A DNA stretch of 64,000 bases from Paracoccaceae bacterium. GTDB lineage: Bacteria; Pseudomonadota; Alphaproteobacteria; Rhodobacterales; Rhodobacteraceae. The stretch lies in NCBI GenBank assembly GCA_024642725.1, contig JAHEAO010000002.1, forward strand, positions 8,430-72,429, written 5' to 3'. Below the pieces are notes generated by a model. That model was given only the letters and a program-made list of their open reading frames with translations, was not told where the DNA came from and did no database searches. Positions 36,801 to 46,344 of the stretch are shown here, one piece after another. Position numbers and translations under genes: made by a program. Position 1 is the stretch's first letter; every line of letters begins with the position of its first letter.

Positions 36801-38364
36801 TCGACAGGACCGCCGGCGGCGTATCATCGCCCATCGAGGCCAGCGCCTCTTTGCCGTCCTCGGCCATCGGCGCAAGAATAACCTCGACCTCTTCAAGCGA
36901 GTAGCCAGCCGCAATCTGCCGCTTGCGCAATTCCTCGCCCCGGAAAAACGCCTTCTCCGGCACGTCGCGCAACAGGTCGTTCAGCGGCACGACCTTGTCG
37001 ATCCACTCGGCATAGGGGCGGCCTTTCGACAGCCGGTCCTTCATCTCCCGGTCGTGGTAAAGCTTGCCCTCTTCCATATCGACAGCGATCAGCTGACCGG
37101 GGCCCAATGCGCCCTTTTCAACAACATTCGCCTCTGAAACCGGCACCATTCCGGCCTCGGACCCGGCGATCAGCAATCCGTCCCTGGTGACGACATAGCG
37201 CATCGGCCGCAGCCCGTTGCGATCAAGCCCGCCGCAGACCCAGCGTCCATCCGTCATCGCCAGCGCGGCGGGGCCATCCCAAGGCTCCATGACCGCGTTG
37301 CAGTAGGAATACATGTCCTGCCATGCCTGCGGCATCTCGATGGCCGATTTGCTCCACGCTTCGGGTACCATCATCGTCTTGGCCATCGGCGCCGACCGCC
37401 CGGCACGAACCAGAACTTCGAACACCGCGTCCAGCGCACCGGAATCGCTTGTCCCTTTCGGCACGATCGGCTTGATGTCCTCTGCCATTTCGCCAAACGC
37501 GCCAGAGGCCATCCTGATCTCGTGGCTGCGCATCCAGTTCAGGTTACCCTTCAGCGTGTTGATTTCGCCGTTATGGGCCAGCATCCGGAACGGCTGCGCC
37601 AGCCACCACTGCGGGAACGTGTTCGTGCTGTAGCGCTGATGGTAGATCGCGAAGGCGCTTTCGAACCGCTCGTCTTTCAGATCGGTGTAGAATTCGGCGA
37701 CATCCTGCGCCAGCATCATCCCCTTGTAGATGATCGATCGGCAGGACAGCGAACAGATGTATAGCCCGTTGATCTGGGCAGCGGCGGCAGCCTTCTCGAT
37801 GCGCCGGCGGATGACGTAAAGCTCGCGCTCGAACTGCTCCTCATCAATGCCCTTGGCATTCGAAATCAGGATCTGTTCGATCTCGGGCCGGGTCGCGTTG
37901 GCCTTGTCGCCCAGACAGTTGGTGTTGACCGGAACATGCCGCCATCCATAGATATAGTGGCCCATCCGCAGAACTTCGGTTTCAACGATCGTCCGGCAGG
38001 TTTCCTGCGCGCCGAAATCGGTGCGCGGCAGGAACACCTGCCCCACGGCGATCAGCTCTGTCTGCCGCGGCTCGTGACCGGTGCGTTCCACCTGATCGTA
38101 GAAGAACGGCACCGGGATCTGCACATGAATGCCCGCCCCGTCACCGGTCTTTCCATCGGCATCGACGGCGCCGCGATGCCAGACCGCCTTGAGCGCCTCG
38201 ATCCCGTTTTCAACGACTTTGCGGCTTTTTGTGCCGCTCACCGATACGACCAGCCCGACACCGCAAGAGGAATGCTCCGTTTCCTCGGTATAGAGACTGT
38301 TTTCGGCCATCCAGCGGCGCTTGGCTTCTTCGGCACTGGCCCAGGCTTCATCATATTTCGTCAT
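33829..38364 (-). CDS. gltB: glutamate synthase (NADPH) large subunit
   Basis: A 1511-aa protein. It has the Ntn amidotransferase start (SCGVGLV), an FMN/3Fe-4S central domain and the C-terminal GXGXG beta-helix. Confidence 0.97.
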   Translation of the reverse strand: MTKYDEAWASAEEAKRRWMAENSLYTEETEHSSCGVGLVVSVSGTKSRKVVENGIEALKAVWHRGAVDADGKTGDGAGIHVQIPVPFFYDQVERTGHEPRQTELIAVGQVFLPRTDFGAQETCRTIVETEVLRMGHYIYGWRHVPVNTNCLGDKANATRPEIEQILISNAKGIDEEQFERELYVIRRRIEKAAAAAQINGLYICSLSCRSIIYKGMMLAQDVAEFYTDLKDERFESAFAIYHQRYSTNTFPQWWLAQPFRMLAHNGEINTLKGNLNWMRSHEIRMASGAFGEMAEDIKPIVPKGTSDSGALDAVFEVLVRAGRSAPMAKTMMVPEAWSKSAIEMPQAWQDMYSYCNAVMEPWDGPAALAMTDGRWVCGGLDRNGLRPMRYVVTRDGLLIAGSEAGMVPVSEANVVEKGALGPGQLIAVDMEEGKLYHDREMKDRLSKGRPYAEWIDKVVPLNDLLRDVPEKAFFRGEELRKRQIAAGYSLEEVEVILAPMAEDGKEALASMGDDTPPAVLSTKYRPLSHFFRQNFSQVTNPPIDSLRETRVMSLKTRFGNLKNVLDEDSSQTEILVLESPFIANAEFDEMVRQFDTNVAFIDCTFTDDGADALARGLERIRAEAEDAVRSGAGHLVLTDEHQSVKKVSIPMILATSAVHSWLTRKGLRTFCSLNVRSAECIDTHYFAVLIGAGATTVNPYLAQDTISDRVERGLIEGSLLDAMRRYRDAIDAGLLKIMAKMGISVISSYRGGLNFEAVGLSRAMVAEYFPGMHSRISGIGVSGIQRKATQVHARGWTTGTDVLPIGGFYKARAKGETHAWEAQSMHMLQSACDRASFEMWKQYSAKMRSMPPLHLRDLLDIKPIGNPVPIEEVESITSIRKRFVTPGMSLGALSPEAHKTLNVAMNRIGAKSDSGEGGEDPAHFLPEPNGDNPSAKIKQVASGRFGVTAEYLNNCEELEIKVAQGAKPGEGGQLPGMKVTELIARLRHSTPGVMLISPPPHHDIYSIEDLAQLIYDLKQINPRAKVTVKLVAASGVGTIAAGVAKAKADVILISGHNGGTGASPATSIKYAGLPWEMGLTEAHQVLAMNNLRERITLRTDGGLRTGRDIVMAAMMGAEEYGIGTAALIAMGCIMVRQCQSNTCPVGVCTQDPKLREKFTGNAEKVVNLITFYAQEVREILASIGARSLDEIIGRADLLTQVSRGSAHLDDLDLNPLLITVDGADRIVYDRSKPRNAVPDTLDAEIVNDAARFLQDGEKMQLSYAVRNTHRTIGTRTSSHIVQKFGMRNKLQPDHLTVKLTGSAGQSLGAFAAPGLKLEVSGDANDYVGKGLSGGTIVVRPPMHSPLIASDNTIIGNTVLYGATDGFLFAAGRAGERFAVRNSGAKVVIEGCGSNGCEYMTGGVAVILGQIGANFGAGMTGGMAYLYDPKGVNQDYLNLETLVTCPVTVPHWENQLKGLIERHAAETGSQRAREILNDWGSERRFFLQVCPKEMLPHLAHPLTREAGAMPAE

Positions 38365-38366
38365 GA

Positions 38367-38807
38367 TCAGGCTCCATCAACGGTGATGCCAAAGCGCGAA
38401 AGCGTTTCGGCTTCGGTCAGTCTTTCGTGGTCGCCCGCAAACGCGAAACTGTCCGGTTTGCGGTCGGTGAATATCTCTCGGGTGAACTCCAGTCCGTTCG
38501 CATCGTCGAAGATGCCCAGCGGAATCTCGTAGTCGTCCTTGTCGTCACCTTGTGTTGTCATCCGGTACCAAAGGCCCGAACCGCAGGTGTTGCACCATGC
38601 ACGCTCTGCCCAGTCCGAGGATTGGATCTTTCCGACATGCTCCAGCCCGACCCAGTCAACGTCAGCGGCCGGCACCGTGATTGCCACCAGCGCGGACCCT
38701 GCCCAGCGCTGGCACATCTTGCAATGACAGACGCCGAAGTCATGGCGCAGGTTCCGCGCGACGAAACTGACAGCGCCGCACATGCAGTGTCCTGTTTTCT
38801 CGGTCAT
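38367..38807 (-). CDS. GFA-family (CENP-V/glutathione-dependent formaldehyde-activating fold) zinc protein
   Basis: The Cys pattern is CMCGAV ... CHCKMCQRW ... CNTCGSGL. Its stop lies 2 nt before the gltB ATG. Confidence 0.8.
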   Translation of the reverse strand: MTEKTGHCMCGAVSFVARNLRHDFGVCHCKMCQRWAGSALVAITVPAADVDWVGLEHVGKIQSSDWAERAWCNTCGSGLWYRMTTQGDDKDDYEIPLGIFDDANGLEFTREIFTDRKPDSFAFAGDHERLTEAETLSRFGITVDGA

Positions 38808-38991
38808 CGCATTAACACTTTCTTCATCACACGGGTCAGGTCTTTTGTCCTATTTCACCGGCCATTTTTGGACCGAAGGTTTGGTTGAATTTTCGTTTCA
38901 GCTGCGGTCTGTTGGCTGGGTTTCGTACAAATGCGGTGTTCAGATGGCGTACGTTTGGGACATTTCAGGTCGGACATAACGCACAGATTCC

Positions 38992-40428
38992 CTATTCCGC
39001 GGCGACCGCCGCGCTGGTGTTAAGATAGTCCATCATCGCCTCCGCCGCTTCGCGCCCGTCGCGGATCGCCCAGACCACAAGACTCGCGCCACGCTGGATA
39101 TCGCCGCAAGCATAGACCCCTTCCATACTTGTCTCATGGGTGCGGAAATCGGCCTTCACCGTCCCCCAGCGCGTCACCTCCAGCCCCGGCACTCCCCAGA
39201 GCGCAGGCAGGTCCTCTGGGCTGAAGCCCAGCGCCTGCACAACCAGATCGGCCCCTTCAGTATAGTCGGAATCTTCTATTATTTCAGGGCTTTGCCGCCC
39301 GCTGGCGTCTGGCGCGCCAAGTCTCATTTTCTGAACGATGACTCCATCGACCTTGCTGCCGCCAGTGAACCCCTTGGGCGCGGAAAGCCAGACGAACTCA
39401 ACGCCTTCTTCCTCGGCATTCGCGACTTCTCGCTGGCTTCCCGGCATATTGGCGCGGTCACGGCGGTACAGACATTTGACGCTTGTCGCGCCCTGCCGGA
39501 CTGCCGTGCGAACACAGTCCATTGCGGTATCGCCGCCGCCGATCACCACGACGCGCTTACCCTCGGCATTCAGTTCGCCGCTATCAAATTCCGGCACATC
39601 ATCGCCAAAACTCTTGCGATTACTGGCGGTTAGGTAGTCGATAGCACGTACGACACCTTCGGCTCCCGACCCGGGCGCCTGCAGGTTTGTCGACTTGTAG
39701 ACGCCCGTGGCAATCAGAACGGCATCGTGCTTGCCCCGGATCGCATCAAAGGAAAGATCCTCGCCGACATTGCAATTCATCACGAATTCGACGCCGCCAT
39801 CCCGCAGTTGCTCGATCCGCTGCATGACAATGTCTTTCTCCAGCTTGAACCCCGGAATGCCATAGGTAAGCAATCCACCGGCCCGATCGTAGCGGTCATA
39901 GACTGTCACTTGCACACCGGCGCGGCGCAACATGTCGGCTGCGGCCAATCCTCCGGGACCGGCCCCGATTATACCAACGGATTCAGCACGTTCCCTTGCC
40001 GGTCGGATCGGCTGCACCCAACCCTCTTCGAAGGCGGTGTCCGTTATGTACTTCTCGACCGCACCGATCGTGACCGTGCCGTGACCGGATTTTTCGATCA
40101 CGCAATTGCCTTCGCAGAGCCTGTCCTGAGGACAGATCCGGCCACAAATCTCAGGAAAAGTATTGGTCGCCTGGCTGATGTCATAGGCTTCGCGCAAACG
40201 CCCCGTAGCCGTCAGCCGCAACCAGTCCGGGATGTTGTTGTGCAAAGGGCAATGGCTTTGGCAATACGGCACCCCGCACTGGCTGCACCGCGCCGCCTGC
40301 TCTGCTGCCTTCTGGTCGGCATATTCGGCATAGATTTCCTTGAAATCCAACCGCCGCACCGTCGCAACCCGCTTCTCAGGCATGTCCCGCGCGACCGTCA
40401 CGAATTTCAACATAGCTTCCTTTGCCAT
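38992..40428 (-). CDS. gltD: glutamate synthase small subunit
   Basis: ATG 40428 follows gggagg. It has Fe-S Cys clusters (CSQCGVPYCQSHCP; CGRICP..C) and two GxGxxG dinucleotide folds (IGAGPGG, VIGGGDTAMD). Confidence 0.93.
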   Translation of the reverse strand: MAKEAMLKFVTVARDMPEKRVATVRRLDFKEIYAEYADQKAAEQAARCSQCGVPYCQSHCPLHNNIPDWLRLTATGRLREAYDISQATNTFPEICGRICPQDRLCEGNCVIEKSGHGTVTIGAVEKYITDTAFEEGWVQPIRPARERAESVGIIGAGPGGLAAADMLRRAGVQVTVYDRYDRAGGLLTYGIPGFKLEKDIVMQRIEQLRDGGVEFVMNCNVGEDLSFDAIRGKHDAVLIATGVYKSTNLQAPGSGAEGVVRAIDYLTASNRKSFGDDVPEFDSGELNAEGKRVVVIGGGDTAMDCVRTAVRQGATSVKCLYRRDRANMPGSQREVANAEEEGVEFVWLSAPKGFTGGSKVDGVIVQKMRLGAPDASGRQSPEIIEDSDYTEGADLVVQALGFSPEDLPALWGVPGLEVTRWGTVKADFRTHETSMEGVYACGDIQRGASLVVWAIRDGREAAEAMMDYLNTSAAVAAE

Positions 40429-40581
40429 GCTCGACCTCCCAAACATCCAGAAGGACCTCTTAATTCGCAGCGCCCGGAAATAAAAGGCAGTCATACTGAC
40501 CTAAATAATCATTTTTTGCCCCAAACCGTGCTTCGGACCGTCAATTCCGCAAATATTAGGTAATCTGTTATGACCTATAGG

Positions 40582-41388
40582 CTAGTATCCGAAATTCAAA
40601 GCAATCAGCGCGACGCAACCGACGATGATTCGCCACCAGCCAAAAAGCGAATAGCCGCGCCGACTTACGTACGAAAGCAAGCCCCGGACGACCAGAATCG
40701 CCGCCAAGAAAGCTGCTACGAATCCAACGGCAATCTCTGAAACCGCGCTCAAATCCAGAATATCACGGTTCTTGTAAAGATCATACGCAAAGGCGCCCGC
40801 CATAGTAGGCATCGACAAGTAAAAAGAGAACTCTGCTGCCGACCGCTTATCAGCGCCCATCAGCAAAGCCCCCACTATCGTCGCCCCACTCCGCGACACT
40901 CCGGGTATCATCGCCAGACACTGAACGACGCCAATCGCCAGCGCCATTGGGATCGGGAAATACATTGCGTCTTCATATCTCGGTCTGACAGCCATGCGGT
41001 CCACGAACAGAAGAACGACACCGCCAAGAATAAGCATGACCGCTATGAGTTTTGGCGTTTCAAAGAGAACCGTCTTGATGAAATCATGGGCGAGCACTCC
41101 GACGAAAACCGCGGGCAGAAAAGCGACCAGAACGGATAAGATGAAACGACGCGCCATAGGATCGTGCGGCGCGGAAGCGAAGACCGAGATGAGTTTCCCA
41201 AAGTACACAATCAGGATCGCCAATATGGCGCCCAGTTGAATAACGACCTCAAACGTCTTTCCCGCGGATTCGAATCCGAGAAAATGGCCCCCAAGTAGAA
41301 TGTGCCCTGTCGAGGAAACCGGTATGAACTCTGTCAGCCCTTCCAGCAGGCCGAGTAACAGTGCAACAAAGATCGAGTTCTCGGCCAT
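40582..41388 (-). CDS. uppP: undecaprenyl-diphosphate phosphatase
   Basis: A 268-aa membrane protein with the BacA motifs [10 protein letters not shown] and PGVSRSG. Confidence 0.9.
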   Translation of the reverse strand: MAENSIFVALLLGLLEGLTEFIPVSSTGHILLGGHFLGFESAGKTFEVVIQLGAILAILIVYFGKLISVFASAPHDPMARRFILSVLVAFLPAVFVGVLAHDFIKTVLFETPKLIAVMLILGGVVLLFVDRMAVRPRYEDAMYFPIPMALAIGVVQCLAMIPGVSRSGATIVGALLMGADKRSAAEFSFYLSMPTMAGAFAYDLYKNRDILDLSAVSEIAVGFVAAFLAAILVVRGLLSYVSRRGYSLFGWWRIIVGCVALIALNFGY

Positions 41389-41400
41389 TCAGACTGGATG

Positions 41401-42387
41401 TCAGATATTGCGGAGGTTCTTGGCGCTGGCCTTGATCGCGTCATACTGTCCGGATGGGCGAAAGCGCCAAAGATAATCCGGTAAGACAGCCTCGAGGGCG
41501 ATGGGCGTTATGCCCAGATCGGCGAATTTCTTGGCGGACTCACTGACCACATTGTCGCTTCGCAGACTGCGCACCTGATCCCGAGTCAGAATGGAGTTCT
41601 TGAACAGACCCAATGTTGCGGCCTGCGCAAGGTCAAACACTCCTGCAACCAGCGAGCCCATCCAAAATGGAAGATTCAATACAAGACGCCGGCGCTTGAT
41701 TACGGCCAACATCTGCTCTACCAGCTCTCGCAAGCTGCTAACGTCGGGACCGCCCAGTTCGTACACGCCCGCAGAAGCTTTCCCGTTGACACCCAGAACA
41801 GCCGCCTTTGCAACATCATCAACGTATACGGGCTGAAACAGCGTTTCACCTCCGACCAACGCAAGAACTGGTCCGAACCGGGACATTGATGCAAACTTGT
41901 TGAAGAACCCGTCTTCTGGCCCGAAAATCACGGAGGGGCGCAAAATCATGGCCGACGGAAAATTGGCAAGGATTCCTTGCTCCCCAAGGGCCTTTGTCTT
42001 GCTGTAGATCGACCCGCTATCGGCATCGGCGCCAAGCGCGGAAATATGCACAAGCCGTCCGACACGCAGTTCCGTCGCGATCCGGGCGATACGTTCCGCG
42101 CCTTCGTGTTGCACGGCATCGAAATTGTTCCTGCCACTTTTGTCGAATGTGCCCACGCAATTCACGACGGCATCGGCACCCATCATGACAGACCGCACTG
42201 ACGCGTCATCACGAATATTGCAAAAGACGGGCTCAACCTGCCCGACCGTGCCATAGGGCTTCACGAACATCGCCTCGTTTGGCCGGCGAACTGCAACGCG
42301 GACCCGCCAGCCTTCTTTGGCCATGCGTCGCGCAATATACCGTCCGACAAAGCCGGAGCCGCCGTAGATGGTGACCAATTTCGACAT
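41401..42387 (-). CDS. NAD(P)H-binding protein of the complex I NDUFA9-subunit-like family
   Basis: The start [22 protein letters not shown] is at ATG 42387. It has an atypical SDR fold of about 329 aa. The upstream ORF extension has no support. Confidence 0.8.
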   Translation of the reverse strand: MSKLVTIYGGSGFVGRYIARRMAKEGWRVRVAVRRPNEAMFVKPYGTVGQVEPVFCNIRDDASVRSVMMGADAVVNCVGTFDKSGRNNFDAVQHEGAERIARIATELRVGRLVHISALGADADSGSIYSKTKALGEQGILANFPSAMILRPSVIFGPEDGFFNKFASMSRFGPVLALVGGETLFQPVYVDDVAKAAVLGVNGKASAGVYELGGPDVSSLRELVEQMLAVIKRRRLVLNLPFWMGSLVAGVFDLAQAATLGLFKNSILTRDQVRSLRSDNVVSESAKKFADLGITPIALEAVLPDYLWRFRPSGQYDAIKASAKNLRNI

Positions 42388-42524
42388 CTGCATCTCCATG
42401 TCTGTTGGCAGTTCAATAGCTTTCCATGACAAAGGGGACAAGACGCTATCGGGACGCAGGGATTCTGTCGAACCCCCGTTGACAGCGGCAAATGCCATGT
42501 TTACATCGCGGCTTCACGACACCT

Positions 42525-42611
42525 GCCCAGGTGGCGGAATTGGTAGACGCGCTAGCTTCAGGTGCTAGTATTGGCAACGATGTGGAGGTTCGAGTCCTCT
42601 CCTGGGCACCA
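42525..42611 (+). tRNA. tRNA-Leu (anticodon CAG), CCA encoded
   Basis: The acceptor stem gcccagg pairs with cctgggc. D-arm tggcggaattggtaga. The anticodon stem-loop is ctagc-ttCAGgt-gctag. It has a long variable arm, a T-arm ggaggttcgagtcctct and a terminal acca. Confidence 0.9.
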
Positions 42612-42637
42612 TCCCCTCTGAATTTAAGGGGCCACGA

Positions 42638-43249
42638 GTGGCGAATTTCCTTTACAAGAACGATCTACCTGACAACCTGAGCCTTGGGCCGGTTGTTGCC
42701 ATCGATTGCGAAACGATGGGCCTCAACCCACATCGAGACCGTCTCTGCGTCGTTCAGATGTCCGGCGGGGACGGCAATGCCCATCTCGTGCAGATCGAAA
42801 AGGGCCAGACCGAAGCACCGAACCTGTGCCGCATGTTGGCGGATCCTCAGACCCTCAAGCTTTTTCACTTTGGGCGCTTCGATATAGCCGCGCTCTACAA
42901 AGCCTTCGGAACTCTGACGGCGCCCGTTTATTGTACAAAGATCGCTTCGAAGCTGATCCGCACATACACGGACCGCCACGGCCTGAAGTATCTTCTTGAT
43001 GAATTGCTTTTGGTTGACGTCTCAAAACAGCAGCAGATGAGCGACTGGGGCGCCGAGGAGCTTACCAAGGCGCAGTTGGATTATGCGGCATCGGATGTCT
43101 TGTATCTGCATAGGCTGAAAGACAAACTGGACGCGCGGCTTGAACGTGAAGGCCGAACACAATTGGCGAAAGCTTGTTTTGACTTTCTCCCGGCCCGGGC
43201 GCAACTTGACCTGACCGGATGGCCCGAAATCGATATTTTCGCCCATTAG
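42638..43249 (+). CDS. 3-prime to 5-prime exonuclease, short RNase D-like (DEDDy)
   Basis: ExoI VAIDCETMGL, ExoII ..FHFGRFDIAAL.., ExoIII YAASDVLYLH. GTG start. Confidence 0.8.
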   Translation: MANFLYKNDLPDNLSLGPVVAIDCETMGLNPHRDRLCVVQMSGGDGNAHLVQIEKGQTEAPNLCRMLADPQTLKLFHFGRFDIAALYKAFGTLTAPVYCTKIASKLIRTYTDRHGLKYLLDELLLVDVSKQQQMSDWGAEELTKAQLDYAASDVLYLHRLKDKLDARLEREGRTQLAKACFDFLPARAQLDLTGWPEIDIFAH

Positions 43250-43267
43250 ATAGGGCAGACAAGCACC

Positions 43268-44227
43268 ATGACGACCGAAACTATCTTGGCGGCGGGCCGC
43301 CGCGTGATCCAGCGTGAAGCGGAAGCGCTTGGATCATTGGCCGGGGCGCTAGGCGACAGTTTCTTTGCCGCCGCCACCTTGATTTTAGATGCCCACGGGC
43401 GTGTCATCGTCTCCGGTATGGGAAAGTCAGGGCATATTGCGCGCAAGATAGCGTCGACACTCGCAAGCACTGGTACGCCCGCTCATTTCGTGCACCCGGC
43501 CGAGGCAAGTCATGGCGATTTGGGGATGATGGCCAAAGGCGATGTCGCGCTCGTGCTCTCGAATTCTGGCGAGACTCCTGAATTGGCCAACCTGGTCGCC
43601 TATACCAGACGCTTCGGCATCCCGTTGATCGGCGTCGCGGGAAATAGGGAAAGTACGCTATTGCGCCAGGCGGACGTGGCGATTGTGTTGCCTGCGGCGG
43701 AAGAGGCCTGCGACAAGGGCATCGTGCCGACAACGAGCACGACGATGACGCTTGCGCTCGGTGACGCCTTGGCCATCGCGCTCATGGAACATCGCCGTTT
43801 CACACCCGAAGACTTCCGCGAGTTTCACCCCGGCGGCAAGCTGGGCGCGCGCCTCTCGCGGGTTCGCGACCTGATGCATACCGACATGCCGCTGGTCGAA
43901 AGCAATACGCCGATGAGCACCGCGCTTCTGGCGATAAGCCAGAAGGGGTTTGGCGTCGTGGGCGTGACCTCTGAAGCGGGCGCATTGGTCGGGATCATCA
44001 CCGACGGCGACCTGCGTCGTCACATGGACGGCCTGCTGTCGCTTTCCGCCGAAACGGTTATGACAAAGAGACCAACGACCATTGGGCCTGACGCCTTGGC
44101 TGAAGAAGCGGTCGCCTTGATGAATCAGCGCAAGATCACTTGTCTCTTTGTCGCGGATCAGAACCTCGCCGGTCGGGCACTTGGCATTCTGCATATTCAC
44201 GATTGCCTGCGCGCGGGCGTCGTTTAA
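43268..44227 (+). CDS. kdsD: arabinose-5-phosphate isomerase (KdsD/KpsF family; SIS plus tandem CBS)
   Basis: SIS motif VSGMGKSGHIARKIASTLASTGTPA and a C-terminal CBS pair. It lies directly upstream of lptC-lptA-lptB. Confidence 0.85.
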   Translation: MTTETILAAGRRVIQREAEALGSLAGALGDSFFAAATLILDAHGRVIVSGMGKSGHIARKIASTLASTGTPAHFVHPAEASHGDLGMMAKGDVALVLSNSGETPELANLVAYTRRFGIPLIGVAGNRESTLLRQADVAIVLPAAEEACDKGIVPTTSTTMTLALGDALAIALMEHRRFTPEDFREFHPGGKLGARLSRVRDLMHTDMPLVESNTPMSTALLAISQKGFGVVGVTSEAGALVGIITDGDLRRHMDGLLSLSAETVMTKRPTTIGPDALAEEAVALMNQRKITCLFVADQNLAGRALGILHIHDCLRAGVV

Positions 44228-44230
44228 GCC

Positions 44231-44863
44231 ATGGCTCTGCACGACAACACGTATTCTCGTGCAGTCGCACTGTTGAAGGTCCTTCTGCCGCTTCTGGCGC
44301 TAGCAATCCTCTCGACGCTTTTCCTGCTGTCACGTACGATCGAGCCCTCGCAAAAGTTGCCCTATGCAGATGTGGATGCGAAGGAATTCGCTCGAGAACA
44401 ACGCATCGGCTCGCCGAACTACACGGGCACCACAAGCGACGGAGCAGCGGTCAAGGTAACAGCCCAAAGTGCCAGACCACAGCTTACGAACCCTAAGATA
44501 ATGTCCGCAACCAAGCTTCAGGCAGAGATCAAGCAAACAGACGGCACCGTTATTGATGTCGTCGCGCTCGACGGAATTTTTGATACCAACGAACAGACGG
44601 CCGTGCTGACCGGCGGCGTGGTCGTGACAAGTTCAACAGGCTATACGCTAACCTCGGAAAAGTTGAATGGTCTTCTGGATGGATCGGCCGCCGAAACAGA
44701 TACAGATGTCGTGATCGAAGGCCCGGAGATACGAATCGACGCCGGCAGCATGAAGGTAAAACTCAGTTCACGTAAGTCGGCCCCAAAGGGATACGACGTT
44801 GTTTTCAACGGCGGGGTTAAGCTGGTATACACTCCCAAAGAGCAATCCACAGGATCACAATGA
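44231..44863 (+). CDS. lptC: LPS export system protein LptC
   Basis: A single N-terminal TM anchor on a roughly 200-aa beta-jellyroll-sized protein. Position between kdsD and lptA, with an ATGA overlap with lptA. Confidence 0.7.
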   Translation: MALHDNTYSRAVALLKVLLPLLALAILSTLFLLSRTIEPSQKLPYADVDAKEFAREQRIGSPNYTGTTSDGAAVKVTAQSARPQLTNPKIMSATKLQAEIKQTDGTVIDVVALDGIFDTNEQTAVLTGGVVVTSSTGYTLTSEKLNGLLDGSAAETDTDVVIEGPEIRIDAGSMKVKLSSRKSAPKGYDVVFNGGVKLVYTPKEQSTGSQ

Positions 44864-45363
44864 CACTGCGCATCCATTTCCTAACAGCAGCGATGATAGT
44901 TGCATTCGTCTCTGCTGCATTCGGACAGGGAACTGAAGTTGCTTTCGGCCAAGGAACAGCGGATTCAAATCTCCCGGTTGAGGTGACCGCGGACTCACTG
45001 CGTGTGGATCAAGTCAAAGGGACAGCGGTCTTTGTCGGCAATGTCCTTGTGGGTCAGGGTGAGATGCGCCTTTCAGCCGACCAGGTTGACGTGCAGTACG
45101 AGATGGTAGACGGAAAATCGACCGGCAAGATCGCGCAGGTGGTCGCCAAAGGCGGCGTCACCTTTGTCAACGGGCCAGAGGCAGCAGAAGGCGATTTGGC
45201 AGATTATGACGTCATTAATCAAAAGTTGCTGATGACGGGCAATGTGATCTTGACCCAGAACAAGAGTATACTCAGCGGCGAACGGCTCTCCGTGAATATG
45301 GTCGACGGCACCGGCGTCATGGAAGGTCGCGTCAAGACGATCCTGGAAAACAGCGACAAATAA
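44860..45363 (+). CDS. lptA: LPS transport periplasmic protein LptA (OstA-like)
   Basis: It has a signal peptide and the OstA-type repeats ([21 protein letters not shown].. ; ..[20 protein letters not shown]). It overlaps the lptB start in TAATG. Confidence 0.8.
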   Translation: MTLRIHFLTAAMIVAFVSAAFGQGTEVAFGQGTADSNLPVEVTADSLRVDQVKGTAVFVGNVLVGQGEMRLSADQVDVQYEMVDGKSTGKIAQVVAKGGVTFVNGPEAAEGDLADYDVINQKLLMTGNVILTQNKSILSGERLSVNMVDGTGVMEGRVKTILENSDK

Positions 45364-46124
45364 TGGCACCTTCGTCACAACTCAAGGTTTCGACTGGCGG
45401 CGCAGGCCTTCATATCGTCAGTCTGAGAAAGAGTTACCGCAAGCGACTGGTTATCCGAGATGTGAGTATGGAACTGGGGCGTGGCGAAGTGGTTGCGCTT
45501 CTCGGGCCAAATGGTTCAGGCAAGACGACTTGCTTCTATGCGATCGCGGGACTCGTCGTCCCGGAGGGCGGGCAGGTCATTATTGATGGCCGCGACGTGA
45601 CCAACCTTCCCATGTATCGCCGGGCGAAACTGGGAATTGGGTACCTGCCGCAGGAGGCATCGATCTTCCGCGGGCTCTCGGTGGAAGACAACATCCTTGC
45701 GATTCTGGAAATCGCAGTCAAGAACAGGTCGACGCGCAAAGAAAGACTTGAAGAATTGTTGTCGGAATTCTCAATATCACATCTTCGCCGTGCTTCCGCG
45801 CTCTCGCTTTCGGGTGGCGAACGCCGCCGTGTCGAAATCGCGCGGTGCCTCGCGGCCGATCCCAAGTACGTTCTGCTCGACGAACCTTTCGCCGGCGTCG
45901 ATCCAATCGCGGTGGGTGAAATTCGCTCGTTGGTCGCTGACCTCAAGACCCGGGGTATTGGCGTACTCATTACAGACCACAACGTCCGTGAAACCCTTGA
46001 TATCGTCGACCGCGCCTACATCTTGCATGATGGACATGTCCTCATGAGCGGTACCGCCGAGGAGGTCGTTCGCGACGAAAACGTTCGCCGGGTCTATCTC
46101 GGACAAAGTTTCCGCATCAGCTGA
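45363..46124 (+). CDS. lptB: LPS export ABC transporter ATP-binding protein
   Basis: Walker [10 protein letters not shown], signature [13 protein letters not shown] and Walker [13 protein letters not shown], in lptB position. Confidence 0.92.
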   Translation: MAPSSQLKVSTGGAGLHIVSLRKSYRKRLVIRDVSMELGRGEVVALLGPNGSGKTTCFYAIAGLVVPEGGQVIIDGRDVTNLPMYRRAKLGIGYLPQEASIFRGLSVEDNILAILEIAVKNRSTRKERLEELLSEFSISHLRRASALSLSGGERRRVEIARCLAADPKYVLLDEPFAGVDPIAVGEIRSLVADLKTRGIGVLITDHNVRETLDIVDRAYILHDGHVLMSGTAEEVVRDENVRRVYLGQSFRIS

Positions 46125-46344
46125 CTGAACCCTCTGATCGGTTCCTATTGACAGCAAGCATCAGGATGTCGCCAAATGAATGCAATGAAAACCAAATCTT
46201 TCATCGTTCGAACGATGCCGCAGATGTGCCTTGTTGCGAACGCGCCCGACGCAATCGGGCCGAAGGTTTCCCACAGACCGGTTTTGCACAAAGGCCTGAC
46301 AAGATGTCGCCTAGGGCCACTGGTCGATTTTACATGAAGGAGTG

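Noticed and set aside
34336-37137. 933-aa ORF on the plus strand, the second longest in the window
   Set aside because: It lies entirely inside gltB on the opposite strand. Its translation is Arg/Pro/His/Gly/Ala-rich with no recognisable motif, the usual shadow of a high-GC gene in the antisense frame. The gltB identity is unambiguous.
42612-43249. Possible genomic island or integrase at the 3-prime side of tRNA-Leu
   Set aside because: The next gene is an RNase D-like exonuclease, followed by core kdsD-lpt genes. By eye there is no integrase, excisionase or repeated copy of the tRNA 3-prime end.
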